64,000 nucleotides of DNA, taken from the NCBI GenBank assembly GCA_964347835.1, contig CAYFZR010000068.1, positions 8,030-72,029 of the forward strand, given 5' to 3'. Positions within the stretch are counted from its first letter, which is position 1; each line of letters starts with the position of its first letter. Position numbers and translations under genes: made by a program. This document shows positions 1 to 9,191 of the stretch, piece by piece. This DNA comes from an uncultured archaeon. Its GTDB lineage: Archaea; CAYFZR01. Below the pieces are notes generated by a model. It ran no database searches and was not told the origin of the DNA. It saw only the letters and a list, made by a program, of their open reading frames with translations.

Positions 1-399
1 GGAATATTTGGGATTTGGTTAATATCGCTTGCGATATTGGAGTTGGCGATTGCTTCTCTTGCAGTCGATAAATTTGGGTTAACAAGTTCAAAACTGGCAG
101 GATTAATAGCTGTTTTTGGCTCAGCGGTACCATTCATAGCGGGATTTGGCATTTTGTTTGGTGTCTATGTAAAAAGAATGCAAGTAATAAGAATTATTGA
201 GCCTTTTTTCAGATATGGAGCAAGAAAGGGTTGGTACTTCTTAGGCTCTGCTTTCGTCGCCATAGACTTCTTCTTAGGAGTAATAGCGTTTCCAGTGGCA
301 GAAGGCACTCTATTATTAATTTTAAAGTTATTAACATTCGTAAATCTATTGATGGTATTAATAGGTGGTTCATTATTCATAGAGTTAATGACAAGGTGA
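1..399 (+). CDS. Multi-pass membrane protein, C-terminal part (ORF open to window edge)
   Basis: Frame 1 is open from nt 1 with no upstream stop; hydrophobic helices; 4 nt before the vWA gene, so probably co-transcribed. Confidence 0.4.
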   Translation, partial: GIFGIWLISLAILELAIASLAVDKFGLTSSKLAGLIAVFGSAVPFIAGFGILFGVYVKRMQVIRIIEPFFRYGARKGWYFLGSAFVAIDFFLGVIAFPVAEGTLLLILKLLTFVNLLMVLIGGSLFIELMTR

Positions 400-403
400 T
401 TTT

Positions 404-1297
404 ATGGATGTACAAAAGATTATAGCGTTTGGAATTATATTTTTGGTACTTTTAGGCAGTTTATTCCTTGCGGCAGATGTAGAATTGAAAGAAAAGATAA
501 CCTACGTAAACGAAACCGTAGAAGTACTGGTGCCTGTGAACGTCACCATTTCTATCTTCGAACCTAGTGATGTAGTGATAATTGTAGATGCGTCTGGCTC
601 CATGCGCTGGCCTGATGTAGCAAATAAGACCAAAATGTACTACGCTAAGACTGCTGCAAACTCTTTAGTCGATCTTACTGGAAAGAACGTAACTTTGGGC
701 GTTGTTATCTTTGGAAAAAATGCTACCGTTTTGGTTGATTTAACAAATAACAAAACAAAGATAAAAGAAAAAATTAATCAAATAGAGCCAGAATTAAACT
801 TTACGGCCATAGGTGATGCAATTGAAAAATCAACGAATATACTCGTAAGGGGTAAAAACGATAAAAAAGTAATCGTTCTATTTACAGATGGACGATACAA
901 TTTCGGATCTGATCCATACCTAACTTCTAAAAAAGCAGGTATGATGGGTATTAACATATATTCAGTTGGATATGGAGAAGAGGCAGATGAGGAGACTCTC
1001 AAGTTTGTCGCAGACGTATCTCCCAAAGGCAAATATTATTTCGCCCCCACAGGAATAGAACTAAATGAGTTATTTGAAGAAATAGCCGTAACAAAATTAA
1101 AAGTGACTAAAATAATTAAGAGATTGGAAACCAGGAGGAAAATTGTTAAAAAAGAGGTTATAACTCCGGTTTTAGATTATCTTTCAACCATTATCAGTAG
1201 AATAGCTTTAGGATTTGCCTTGTTCTTAATAATTTTCTTCCATGAGGCAGTAGATGTGATAGGAAGATTATTAGGAATGGAACCGAAAGGAAGGTAA
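404..1297 (+). CDS. von Willebrand factor A (vWA) domain protein, membrane-anchored
   Basis: N-terminal TM/signal helix; MIDAS motif 'VDASGSM' (DxSxS); later T and D residues typical of vWA; C-terminal TM helix; BatA-like architecture. Confidence 0.7.
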   Translation: MDVQKIIAFGIIFLVLLGSLFLAADVELKEKITYVNETVEVLVPVNVTISIFEPSDVVIIVDASGSMRWPDVANKTKMYYAKTAANSLVDLTGKNVTLGVVIFGKNATVLVDLTNNKTKIKEKINQIEPELNFTAIGDAIEKSTNILVRGKNDKKVIVLFTDGRYNFGSDPYLTSKKAGMMGINIYSVGYGEEADEETLKFVADVSPKGKYYFAPTGIELNELFEEIAVTKLKVTKIIKRLETRRKIVKKEVITPVLDYLSTIISRIALGFALFLIIFFHEAVDVIGRLLGMEPKGR

Positions 1298-1302
1298 GTG
1301 GA

Positions 1303-2094
1303 TTGAATCTTGAAGTAGACGATTCGATCGAAGAAGATATTCTGTACATATCCGATGAGGATGCAAAGAACCTGAATCTCGTAGATGGGGATCTGATCTT
1401 ATTAACAGGACAAAACAAATCCGCTGTCGTTAGAATATGTATCGAAAAAGTAGAAGCAGGTACAGGATCAACCAATTTTGACGTATTTCAAAGCCTATCT
1501 CCTTTCACAAAAGATGTTAAGATATCGCTTCTTAGAGAAGAAGCTCCAATAGCAAGTATATTTCACGTTCGAATACTCTTAGACTCAGTTATAGAAGTAG
1601 CAAAAAATGAATCGAGTCTCGAAAATCTTCTAGAAGATTATCATGGGTTTCTTGAGGGCAAAGTTTTCGCGAGGGGGCAGATAATAAGATTAAGAAGCGG
1701 AATAAAGTTAAAAGTACTAGATTGGTTTCCAAAAAAGGATGTTGTTACCAAAATTCATGATTCTACAGACATATTCATCGATTTAGGAATTCATTCAGCA
1801 GATGAAATTGAGTATAGAACTTATCAGAGCCAAATGGAGGCTTTGAAATCTCAAAAAATAGAAAAGACAGTGGATAAACTATTAAAATGTATCAAAGAGG
1901 TCAAGGAGATAACCCTAGACGAGATGAGAGATCACATCGAAAGTATTATTGAAGAAGAGACTGATTCAAATATAGTAGTAACAAACATTGAGGAGTACAG
2001 ACCCAAGAGAAGATTAATACTGAGATACCCCAAAGAAAAACAAATCATAGAGAGACTGATGGATATTTCAAGTGGAGTCGATCAAGACTTTTAA
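1303..2094 (+). CDS. Hypothetical protein; N-terminal double-psi beta-barrel-like segment (resembles molybdopterin-dinucleotide-binding / Cdc48-N type barrels)
   Basis: Starts 5 nt after the vWA gene; N-terminal 'ISDEDAKNLNLVDGDLILLTG...SAVVRI' fits the 'inpeDAekLGikdGDlV.v.s.rG' barrel pattern; the rest is acidic or coiled with no recognisable motif. Confidence 0.45.
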   Translation: MNLEVDDSIEEDILYISDEDAKNLNLVDGDLILLTGQNKSAVVRICIEKVEAGTGSTNFDVFQSLSPFTKDVKISLLREEAPIASIFHVRILLDSVIEVAKNESSLENLLEDYHGFLEGKVFARGQIIRLRSGIKLKVLDWFPKKDVVTKIHDSTDIFIDLGIHSADEIEYRTYQSQMEALKSQKIEKTVDKLLKCIKEVKEITLDEMRDHIESIIEEETDSNIVVTNIEEYRPKRRLILRYPKEKQIIERLMDISSGVDQDF

Positions 2095-3111
2095 TTTGTC
2101 AAACAACCGTTTAACAATATCTTTTGGTGACAAATCCCCGTAATTCTTGGCTATTATTCTAAAGAGTTCTTCATCGTACTCGTATAATGGATCGATGCGT
2201 TCTTGTAGTTCGCATATGGCCGCTTTTATAAAAAAGGACTTATCATAATCTAACTCTCCCCAGTCCTCAAATTCTTTTAATTCATACCTAATATCTTCAG
2301 AAAGTATCCTTACGATTGCATGTAGTGTTTCTTTATCTATTAGATTTAATGCCTCGTATAAATCGAAAGGTTTTTTCTTAAATACAAATATACAGAAAGA
2401 TTTTACCTCATCCAACACCTTTGTGCCCGCGCAAACTATCAGAGGATTTTCGGTTTCGATTTCAGTTTTATCATATACCTTCAATCTAGTGTAATCGTTT
2501 TCGATGAGATCTAACAGGAATACTACTCCCGGTATAGGATTTCCAAACTGGTCTCTTATCGTAAGTTGATTTCCTTTGATAGAAATTGATATTCTTTCCA
2601 GAGGGTGTAATGAAAACTTGGTTTTAGAACTTTTTATGTGATCTGTACCCTCAAAAATCACAGAATAATCTCCGGGCTTTAGTGATGCTTTCTTTAATAT
2701 TACTTCTCCGTATATATTTGTTTTCTTAGTGATCGAGAGTTTTTTTCCTTTAATCTTTATATCTGCGGCTTTTATTGGCTTATCGTTTGTTGATTTGATC
2801 GCTATTTTTACTGGGGTGGACAGAGTGGGTCTTTCTGGGTTAATCGTTATTTTAACATCTGATATTACACTAATCATTGAAATTTCGCCCTTAAATCCCT
2901 CTAAAAGCGGTCTAACAGTATAAATTCCAGGATACTCAAATGAGAATTTTTCACAAGATTTGATAAGATATCTTTCATGTTCTCTATTCATAATCTCAAT
3001 GATTGCATCTTCTTGAATAACTCCGTTCTCATCGATAGCCTCGAGAAGGATTTCTTCTTCAACCGTGATCTTTCCATTCTCATTTGTCCTTACGTAGAGG
3101 TACTTTCCCAT
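2068..3111 (-). CDS. Hypothetical protein (347 aa), beta-rich central region
   Basis: Long ORF with protein-like composition, convergent with 1303..2094; no catalytic motif recognised. Confidence 0.45.
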   Translation of the reverse strand: MGKYLYVRTNENGKITVEEEILLEAIDENGVIQEDAIIEIMNREHERYLIKSCEKFSFEYPGIYTVRPLLEGFKGEISMISVISDVKITINPERPTLSTPVKIAIKSTNDKPIKAADIKIKGKKLSITKKTNIYGEVILKKASLKPGDYSVIFEGTDHIKSSKTKFSLHPLERISISIKGNQLTIRDQFGNPIPGVVFLLDLIENDYTRLKVYDKTEIETENPLIVCAGTKVLDEVKSFCIFVFKKKPFDLYEALNLIDKETLHAIVRILSEDIRYELKEFEDWGELDYDKSFFIKAAICELQERIDPLYEYDEELFRIIAKNYGDLSPKDIVKRLFDKLKVLIDST

Positions 3112-3230
3112 GATATAACTCCTTTCTTTGATCTATATTTATCTTTCTAATTCGATCAAGATTATTCAATTCTTTGGATACATGTGATCCTACACAAAAA
3201 TACAAAACTCTACTGATTTTTACTTTTTCC

Positions 3231-3244
3231 AAAAACTTATATAG
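3231..3244 (+). promoter_or_regulatory. Archaeal BRE/TATA-like element upstream of the histone gene
   Basis: 'AAAAAC TTATATAG' about 70 nt upstream of the ATG; purine-rich BRE followed by a TATA box; SD-like 'GGGGGTG' just before the start. Confidence 0.4.
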
Positions 3245-3312
3245 TAGGATATCACCCTCTAAAAGTTGAAATCGCTCAGATTCTCAGGAGTTAGGATGGG
3301 GGTGAAGTATCT

Positions 3313-3519
3313 ATGGTCGAGTTGCCACTTGCGCCCATTGACAGAATAATTAGAAGAACGGGTGCAGAAAGGGTAAGTGAAGATGCAAAAGAGGCGCTAG
3401 CAGAGTTAATAGAAGAGTACGGAGTTAAAATAGCCTCTGAGGCTATTGGCCTAGCTAGTCATGCTGGTAGAAAAACTGTAAAACTCGAAGATATAAAATT
3501 GGCAGTAAAGCGATTATAA
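3313..3519 (+). CDS. Archaeal histone (HMf family)
   Basis: 68 aa; '[37 protein letters not shown]...' matches the archaeal histone fold consensus (MGELPIAPIGRII...). Confidence 0.9.
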   Translation: MVELPLAPIDRIIRRTGAERVSEDAKEALAELIEEYGVKIASEAIGLASHAGRKTVKLEDIKLAVKRL

Positions 3520-3591
3520 CAATCTTCTTCATCCTTATTTTTTTGATGTCGAGTAAAAGTTAATATAAGTAGTTTCGGTTACCTTAAAATT

Positions 3592-4239
3592 ATGAGATCC
3601 GCCATAATTTTGGCTGGGGGTAAGGGATCGAGATTAAATTTTCTAAATAAGGCTTTTTTAAAGATAGGGGACAGAACGTTAATACAAATTATTATAGACA
3701 ACATAGAACAAGTCGTCAATGAAATAATTGTATCAGTCAGTGATGAAGAAGAAAAAAAAGTTTTTGAGAAGGAATTAGGAAATATAAAGATCGTTGCAGA
3801 TAGTGTAAAAAACTTCGGACCTGTTGCAGGTATACTGTCAGGACTAAAAAATACAGAATCAGACTACTCGATTGTTCTTGCATGCGATATGCCTTTTGTA
3901 AACAAAAATGTTGTTGAATATTTATTCAAGAATGTGAAAGGATATGATGCTATCATTCCAAAATGGGATGACGATAGGGTAGAGCCGCTACACGCGGTTT
4001 ATAAACGTGATAAGATGTTAATCGAAGCGGAAAAAGCCGTAAATAGTGGTTTTAAGAGAATTATAGTACCTATATCTAATTTATCTAAGGTCAAATACAT
4101 CTCTGTAAACGAAATAGCCGATATTGATCCCGGGTTAAAAACTTTTCTTAACATAAATACCATGGAAGATTTTAAGAGGTTAATCCAAAATTTTCATAAA
4201 TTTGCAAAAAACAATAAATACTTGAATATTCAAAATTAA
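3592..4239 (+). CDS. mobA: Molybdenum cofactor guanylyltransferase (MobA)
   Basis: 'AIILAGGKGSRL', 'GPVAGILSGL', 'LACDMPF', 'EPLHAVY' - classic MobA motifs; TATA-like 'AAGTTAATATAAG' upstream. Confidence 0.8.
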   Translation: MRSAIILAGGKGSRLNFLNKAFLKIGDRTLIQIIIDNIEQVVNEIIVSVSDEEEKKVFEKELGNIKIVADSVKNFGPVAGILSGLKNTESDYSIVLACDMPFVNKNVVEYLFKNVKGYDAIIPKWDDDRVEPLHAVYKRDKMLIEAEKAVNSGFKRIIVPISNLSKVKYISVNEIADIDPGLKTFLNINTMEDFKRLIQNFHKFAKNNKYLNIQN

Positions 4240-4267
4240 CTTCACCACTCGGGGGTAGGGGCTTTGT

Positions 4268-6289
4268 ATGACATTTCACATTGGATATGATGGTGAGGGA
4301 CTTAATATTTATGATACAATAGAAAGAAAATTTACTACCATTCATTGCAAAGAATTCGAATTCACTGAGAAGCAGTTTGATTTCAAATACCCGGTCGACA
4401 TTACTTTTTCGGGTTTGTGTAAAAAAATAAAGTATGAAAACTTTTTGACATTCATAAGAAATTACGATTCTTACGAGATTGTAAGACAGATAGAAAATAA
4501 CGCTTCATTTATCCTGCCCAGAGACAAATACATAATTGAAATCGATTCCCATGTAAAGATATATGCATTTATAGATTCAACAATAAAAATAAAGTGTAAT
4601 GGATCTGCAGATATCTCCTTAGAGTTCGATAAAGAAACAGAGATAATATTCGGCGTGAGATCCTATCATAAAAGGCCTGAATTTACGATAAAAGTAACCA
4701 GAGATCTGGGAGATATTGCAAATGCAATATCTCTCCTTTCTTCTTCTATGAAGACAGATACTTGCGAGAGAAGTTATCCCACTCTGAGAGGGCATCCTCC
4801 ATTGATAGAAATCTCTGATCATTTTGAAGTACCAGATAATTTGAAAAAATTTTCCTCAGATGTCGAGATATGTGTACCGGAAAAATTAGAATACCTGTAT
4901 ACGGTCGCGCCTCTAGCATATTACTTGATAGCTGATATAAGATTTGGTGAGCCAAAGATTGTTTCGAATGGCTTTGAACATTACTTTCCTAAACTTCCTA
5001 ATTTCGAGGACGAAGTTAATTGGATATTGCAAAAGATATTCTTCTTAGATTGTCTTGTGAGAAGCGCAGGATTATATAAACTAAATTTAAAGGAGTTAAA
5101 AGTTGTAAAAGACCTAGAATTAGACATTAATGAATTGTATTACAGAAACATTAGGAGACAACTACCTATCTACTTAAATATTTCAGATGAAAAGTTAAAA
5201 GACCATATGCCGAAATGGCACCTATCTTCCTATGTAAAGCCTCAATTTCAGAGTCTGAAATCATTGCCTTTCCTATTAAATAATCTCTCTTTGATATACT
5301 TGCCAAAATATGAACCTATATCTGAGAGAGAAATAATAAAACTGTCCTTGCAAGAATTTTTTAGAGGAAATTTATTCGATAATGCTAACGATAAGATTAT
5401 TGGAAGACCATTCCTAAAAGAATCTCAAAATCACCTTTGGGTATCTGACGAAGTCGCAATTGACTCCACAAAATCAAATGAAGAAGCATTTTTTAATCAA
5501 TTAAAATACAATGGTAAAGAAAAGAAAAAAATAGAAATAGGCTTAGTATTGAATGATGCAAAAATGGTAGAAGAAAAGGAGTCAGTAAAAGACATATATA
5601 AGATTAGAAAGGATATACCCTTAAAAACAAAGATTTTTGAGTTTTTAAGTAAAGAAGAACTTTCAGATCTCTTTGCAAGAGGATTTGATCTCGTACATTA
5701 CATAGGTCACTGTGATAATGGATTTGTATGCAACGACGGATCTTTGAGGGTTAGAGAGATTGAAAGTAACAATACACCTGCTTTTTTTCTAAATGCATGT
5801 AAAAGTTACGAAGAAGGAGAAGATCTTATCAAAAAGGGATCTGTCGCTGGAATAGTTACTTTGTTCAGAGTATGCAACGAGGAGGCGTTGAAGATTGGTT
5901 ATAACTTCTCTAGATTATTGAGCATAGGATTTTCCATAGGAAAAGCCATAGAACTAGCACGTTTATCCTCTATTTATGGAAGGGATTATCTAGTGTTAGG
6001 AAACTCTGAATATTATTTGATGCAAAATCCCAGTTTTAATATATCATTTATTTATGAGATCGAAGATCTGGGAGATGAGGTAAATTTAGAGGTTCAAACT
6101 TCTAATTTCTTAGGTATAGGTTCGTTTTTTTACCCTTATATCAATCAAAAAAATAGATTTTATTTAATTGGAAATAAAGCAAGATTTAACACAAAAAAAG
6201 AAGCATTAAAAGAAATAATGACTTCAAAAATAGCTCCATTGATATACGAAGATAGACTCCACTGGACGGATGAGTTAGATAGAATTTGA
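4268..6289 (+). CDS. CHAT (caspase-like, clan CD) protease-domain protein with a large uncharacterised N-terminal region
   Basis: C-terminal 'DLVHYIGHCDNG...(~30 aa)...AFFLNACKSYEEGEDLIKKGSVAGIVTLFRV' matches the CHAT His-Gly / Cys dyad ('HfaGHG ... LvvLSAC ... aGa.svvaslW.V'); the N-terminal ~450 aa has no recognisable domain; 29 nt downstream of mobA on the same strand. Confidence 0.7.
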   Translation: MTFHIGYDGEGLNIYDTIERKFTTIHCKEFEFTEKQFDFKYPVDITFSGLCKKIKYENFLTFIRNYDSYEIVRQIENNASFILPRDKYIIEIDSHVKIYAFIDSTIKIKCNGSADISLEFDKETEIIFGVRSYHKRPEFTIKVTRDLGDIANAISLLSSSMKTDTCERSYPTLRGHPPLIEISDHFEVPDNLKKFSSDVEICVPEKLEYLYTVAPLAYYLIADIRFGEPKIVSNGFEHYFPKLPNFEDEVNWILQKIFFLDCLVRSAGLYKLNLKELKVVKDLELDINELYYRNIRRQLPIYLNISDEKLKDHMPKWHLSSYVKPQFQSLKSLPFLLNNLSLIYLPKYEPISEREIIKLSLQEFFRGNLFDNANDKIIGRPFLKESQNHLWVSDEVAIDSTKSNEEAFFNQLKYNGKEKKKIEIGLVLNDAKMVEEKESVKDIYKIRKDIPLKTKIFEFLSKEELSDLFARGFDLVHYIGHCDNGFVCNDGSLRVREIESNNTPAFFLNACKSYEEGEDLIKKGSVAGIVTLFRVCNEEALKIGYNFSRLLSIGFSIGKAIELARLSSIYGRDYLVLGNSEYYLMQNPSFNISFIYEIEDLGDEVNLEVQTSNFLGIGSFFYPYINQKNRFYLIGNKARFNTKKEALKEIMTSKIAPLIYEDRLHWTDELDRI

Positions 6290-6348
6290 ATTAAATCTTT
6301 TTCATGAAGAGAAAAAAAGGCTATATGATTTCGAATTTAAAATTAATG

Positions 6349-6423
6349 TGCCGCCACCGGGATTTGAACCCGGGTCGTGGGCTCGAGAGGCCCACATGAT
6401 TGGCCGGACTACACTATGGCGGC
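6349..6423 (-). tRNA. tRNA-Glu (anticodon CUC)
   Basis: Minus-strand cloverleaf: acceptor GCCGCCA/TGGCGGC, T-loop GGTTCAAATCC, anticodon loop CTCTCGA (CUC); CCA not encoded. Confidence 0.8.
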
Positions 6424-6488
6424 TCATGGATAAGTTTGTACCAACTTAAAAAAAATTTTTCGGCTTATCAATCTTAACAGATAAGATT

Positions 6489-7175
6489 CTACTTCTTCCT
6501 TGAAACCACTGTTCTAATCCTTTCAGCCGTTTCCTCAGCCTTATTGGCTATCTCCCCTATCTGCTCGGCAATCTTATTGGTATAAACTACGTTAATTGGG
6601 TCCAACTTGTCTTTATAGTCAAATAAATTTTTCAAGGCTTCCTTCTGGATTTCGTCGGATTCTCCTTCTTTTCTGTTTATTTCTAATATCAGGTCATAAA
6701 TCTTCGAATCTTTCCTCCTTAAGATGGATTCTAATTCTTTTTCAACCTCTATGTTTAAATTATCAAGAATAATTACAGCCTCAATACTCTTTTTTGTTAG
6801 TCTTTTCAAAGAATCTTTGAAAAGTCCAGGTAATTCCTCCGCTGGTAATATGGTCATGAGTTTGGCAGCGTCTTCCGCAGCGTTCGCGACATCATCCTGA
6901 GAGTCTACCCACGCTAATATATCTCCTCTGTCTACCGGCAAGAAGGTAGTCTTTGGTATATGGTCCTTAATTCCTCTTTTTATAGCATCTGCTTCTTCTT
7001 CTATCGATGAGATTCTATCAGTAAGTTCTTGGAGTTTTCTTCTATCATTGTTGCAGAATGCATCTACTAGTTCCTCAGTTAAAATTACTGCTCCCTTAAC
7101 TTTTTCTGAGTGCTGTTTTAAAGGACCAAAGGGCGACTTTGCAATTATGGTCAAGAAATCTCTAATGTAGGGCAT
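6489..7175 (-). CDS. PhoU-like phosphate transport regulator (DUF47/TIGR00153 family)
   Basis: Helical protein immediately upstream of, and co-oriented with, the PiT transporter; a common pairing. Confidence 0.75.
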   Translation of the reverse strand: MPYIRDFLTIIAKSPFGPLKQHSEKVKGAVILTEELVDAFCNNDRRKLQELTDRISSIEEEADAIKRGIKDHIPKTTFLPVDRGDILAWVDSQDDVANAAEDAAKLMTILPAEELPGLFKDSLKRLTKKSIEAVIILDNLNIEVEKELESILRRKDSKIYDLILEINRKEGESDEIQKEALKNLFDYKDKLDPINVVYTNKIAEQIGEIANKAEETAERIRTVVSRKK

Positions 7176-7238
7176 GGAATCTAAGTGGTAAACATCCCTT
7201 ATAAAGTAATCGTAGGCCTCTGCTTTGATAATAAAGAA

Positions 7239-8261
7239 TTAAATTAAGATTAGCGTAAAAATAGCAGAAAGAAATGCTGCTACGGGTATTGTTACGATCC
7301 AAGAAGCTATTATGTTCAATACAATTCTGAAATCTAAAGCTCTAATACCTCCAGCGAGTCCTACTCCTACAACAGATCCTACAAGAGTGTGAGTAGTGGA
7401 TATCGGAAGAGAACTATAAGAATGTAACAAAACGATAGAAGCAGTAGCAAACTCTGCTGAAAAACCTCTTGTTGGTGTTAATTCAGTTACTTTTTCTCCT
7501 ACAGTTCTCATTACTCTGTAGCCCCATGTCCCCATGCCTATAACAATACCTATTCCACCGAACATCAAAAGCCATTTAGGAACAGGAAGTTTAGCCGCCA
7601 TATGCATATTTGTTCCTGGTTGCGCATAATTTAAGATTGTGTTCATAGGTCCTATGGCATTTGCAACATCATTGGAACCATGTGCAAAGGCTACATAAGA
7701 AGCCGTCATGACCTGTAAAAATACAAATACTCTCTCTACCTTGAGCCTGTCTTTTGCCTTATCTAAAATGAACTTTCTTATCAAAAAGAATGTGATAAAG
7801 GCTAGTAATGCCCCGGCTAAAGGAGAAAAAATCCAACTGCCTATTATATAAACTACCTTTTTCCACGATACACATCCAAACCCACCAACTACTATTCCAT
7901 ATCCAATTACTGCTCCGACAATTGAATGAGTAGTTGATACTGGTAAGCCACGCCAAGTTGCGAATGTAATCCAAAGAGATGCTGCGATTAAAGCGGCGAA
8001 GGCACCTAATGCCAGTAAGCGGGGGTCGTTTATATGTGTTGGATCCACGACACCTTTCCTTATGGTCTCTGTTACATGCTTTCCAGCGAGGGTAGCGCCG
8101 GAGAAATTAAAAACTGCAGCAACCAAAACAGCCCTTCTTACGGTTAAAGCTCTAGAACCTACTGAAGTTCCCATAGCGTTTGCTAAATCATTTGCTCCTA
8201 TGTTCCAAGCCATATAGAAAGCAATTGCTAAAGATAAAACTAGAAACAATGGCGGAAGCAT
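7239..8261 (-). CDS. pit: Inorganic phosphate transporter, PiT family
   Basis: Multi-TM protein with duplicated 'GANDVANA...' motifs ('GANDLANAMGTSVGS', 'GSNDVANAIGP'). Confidence 0.9.
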   Translation of the reverse strand: MLPPLFLVLSLAIAFYMAWNIGANDLANAMGTSVGSRALTVRRAVLVAAVFNFSGATLAGKHVTETIRKGVVDPTHINDPRLLALGAFAALIAASLWITFATWRGLPVSTTHSIVGAVIGYGIVVGGFGCVSWKKVVYIIGSWIFSPLAGALLAFITFFLIRKFILDKAKDRLKVERVFVFLQVMTASYVAFAHGSNDVANAIGPMNTILNYAQPGTNMHMAAKLPVPKWLLMFGGIGIVIGMGTWGYRVMRTVGEKVTELTPTRGFSAEFATASIVLLHSYSSLPISTTHTLVGSVVGVGLAGGIRALDFRIVLNIIASWIVTIPVAAFLSAIFTLILI

Positions 8262-8360
8262 TAAATGAGGTTTGGAAAATGAGTTAATATATAGTTTACA
8301 TATATAATATATATATTACTATATATAGAAAATCTCGAATTAGATATTCATAAAGTTCTT

Positions 8361-9125
8361 TTAATCAAAGACCCTCTCCTCTGGAAAGACAGCGATACCT
8401 TTTTCTGTGACTTTGAAAGGATAGATACCTTCGTAGTGGTTTGTTCCCCGCATCTTTAGAATTTCCAATGCTCTTATACGTTTGTTTCCCATCTTGATAT
8501 AATTGAGAATAATTACTCCTGAGGCTAAGAATTCTTCTACCTCGAATCTGCTAAACTTTTCGGATCCAACTTCCGTCTCTGAGGTAAGTATAGATGTGCC
8601 GCCTGCTTTTGTAATGATCTCGTAAAATCCGAGTAATTCCTGTCTTATATCAGCATCATCTCTTAAGTGAAACATCAGAGCCGAAATAGTATCGATGGCA
8701 ATCCTTTCTGCGTTGATCTCATCGGACATATTATTTATGATATCTGACACGGAATCAATCGAGAAGTCTCTGGCAAAGAAAATATCACCCGCGTCCTGCG
8801 AGTCTATAACATACTTACCTTTTTCCATTCTGGTCGGGATTACGCTTAGTATTCTCAACTTATCCTTTTTTATGAGGGAGTTTAAATCCCAGCCAAATCT
8901 ACTACTATTCGCAATAATATCAGCAGGTCTTTCTTCGAAAGTAATAAAGATGCCGTGCTCATTATAATCCAGAGCACCGTAATATAGAAACTGAAGCGAA
9001 AAAATAGATTTTCCAGTGCCAGCACTGCCAGAAACAAGGATTGTCTTTCCTTTGGGAAAGCCGCCTTCGAGCATTTCATCTAATCCCATAATACCGGTTT
9101 TAACCCTTTTTATCATCCCCATCAC
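8361..9125 (-). CDS. KaiC-like RecA-superfamily ATPase
   Basis: 'GFPKGKTILVSGSAGTGKS' Walker A in a KaiC/RadA-like context, 254 aa. Confidence 0.8.
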   Translation of the reverse strand: MMGMIKRVKTGIMGLDEMLEGGFPKGKTILVSGSAGTGKSIFSLQFLYYGALDYNEHGIFITFEERPADIIANSSRFGWDLNSLIKKDKLRILSVIPTRMEKGKYVIDSQDAGDIFFARDFSIDSVSDIINNMSDEINAERIAIDTISALMFHLRDDADIRQELLGFYEIITKAGGTSILTSETEVGSEKFSRFEVEEFLASGVIILNYIKMGNKRIRALEILKMRGTNHYEGIYPFKVTEKGIAVFPEERVFD

Positions 9126-9191
9126 ATCTAAAAATACTTAATTAGCATTGATAAAACATAAAATAAACAAATTTCGAAAATGTAATTAAGT

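Noticed and set aside
165-380. Small minus-strand ORFs nested antisense in larger genes (e.g. 165..380, 778..1032, 1194..1475, 8695..8967, 13397..13759, 19127..19422, 32265..32591, 56268..57147)
   Set aside because: They are embedded in well-supported genes on the opposite strand and are low-complexity or Ser/Leu-rich, so they look like shadow ORFs.
3592-4239. mobA as a signalling nucleotidyltransferase partner of the CHAT protein (CBASS-like logic)
   Set aside because: The motifs are those of genuine MobA (GT-A-like fold, MGD synthesis), not a cGAS/DncV-type Pol-beta NTase, so its adjacency to the CHAT gene is noted only as context.
8262-8360. TA-rich low-complexity tract ('TACATATATAATATATATATTACTATATATAG') as a repeat element
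   Set aside because: It is most simply an AT-rich promoter/TATA region upstream of the pit-phoU-like operon and is not repeated elsewhere.
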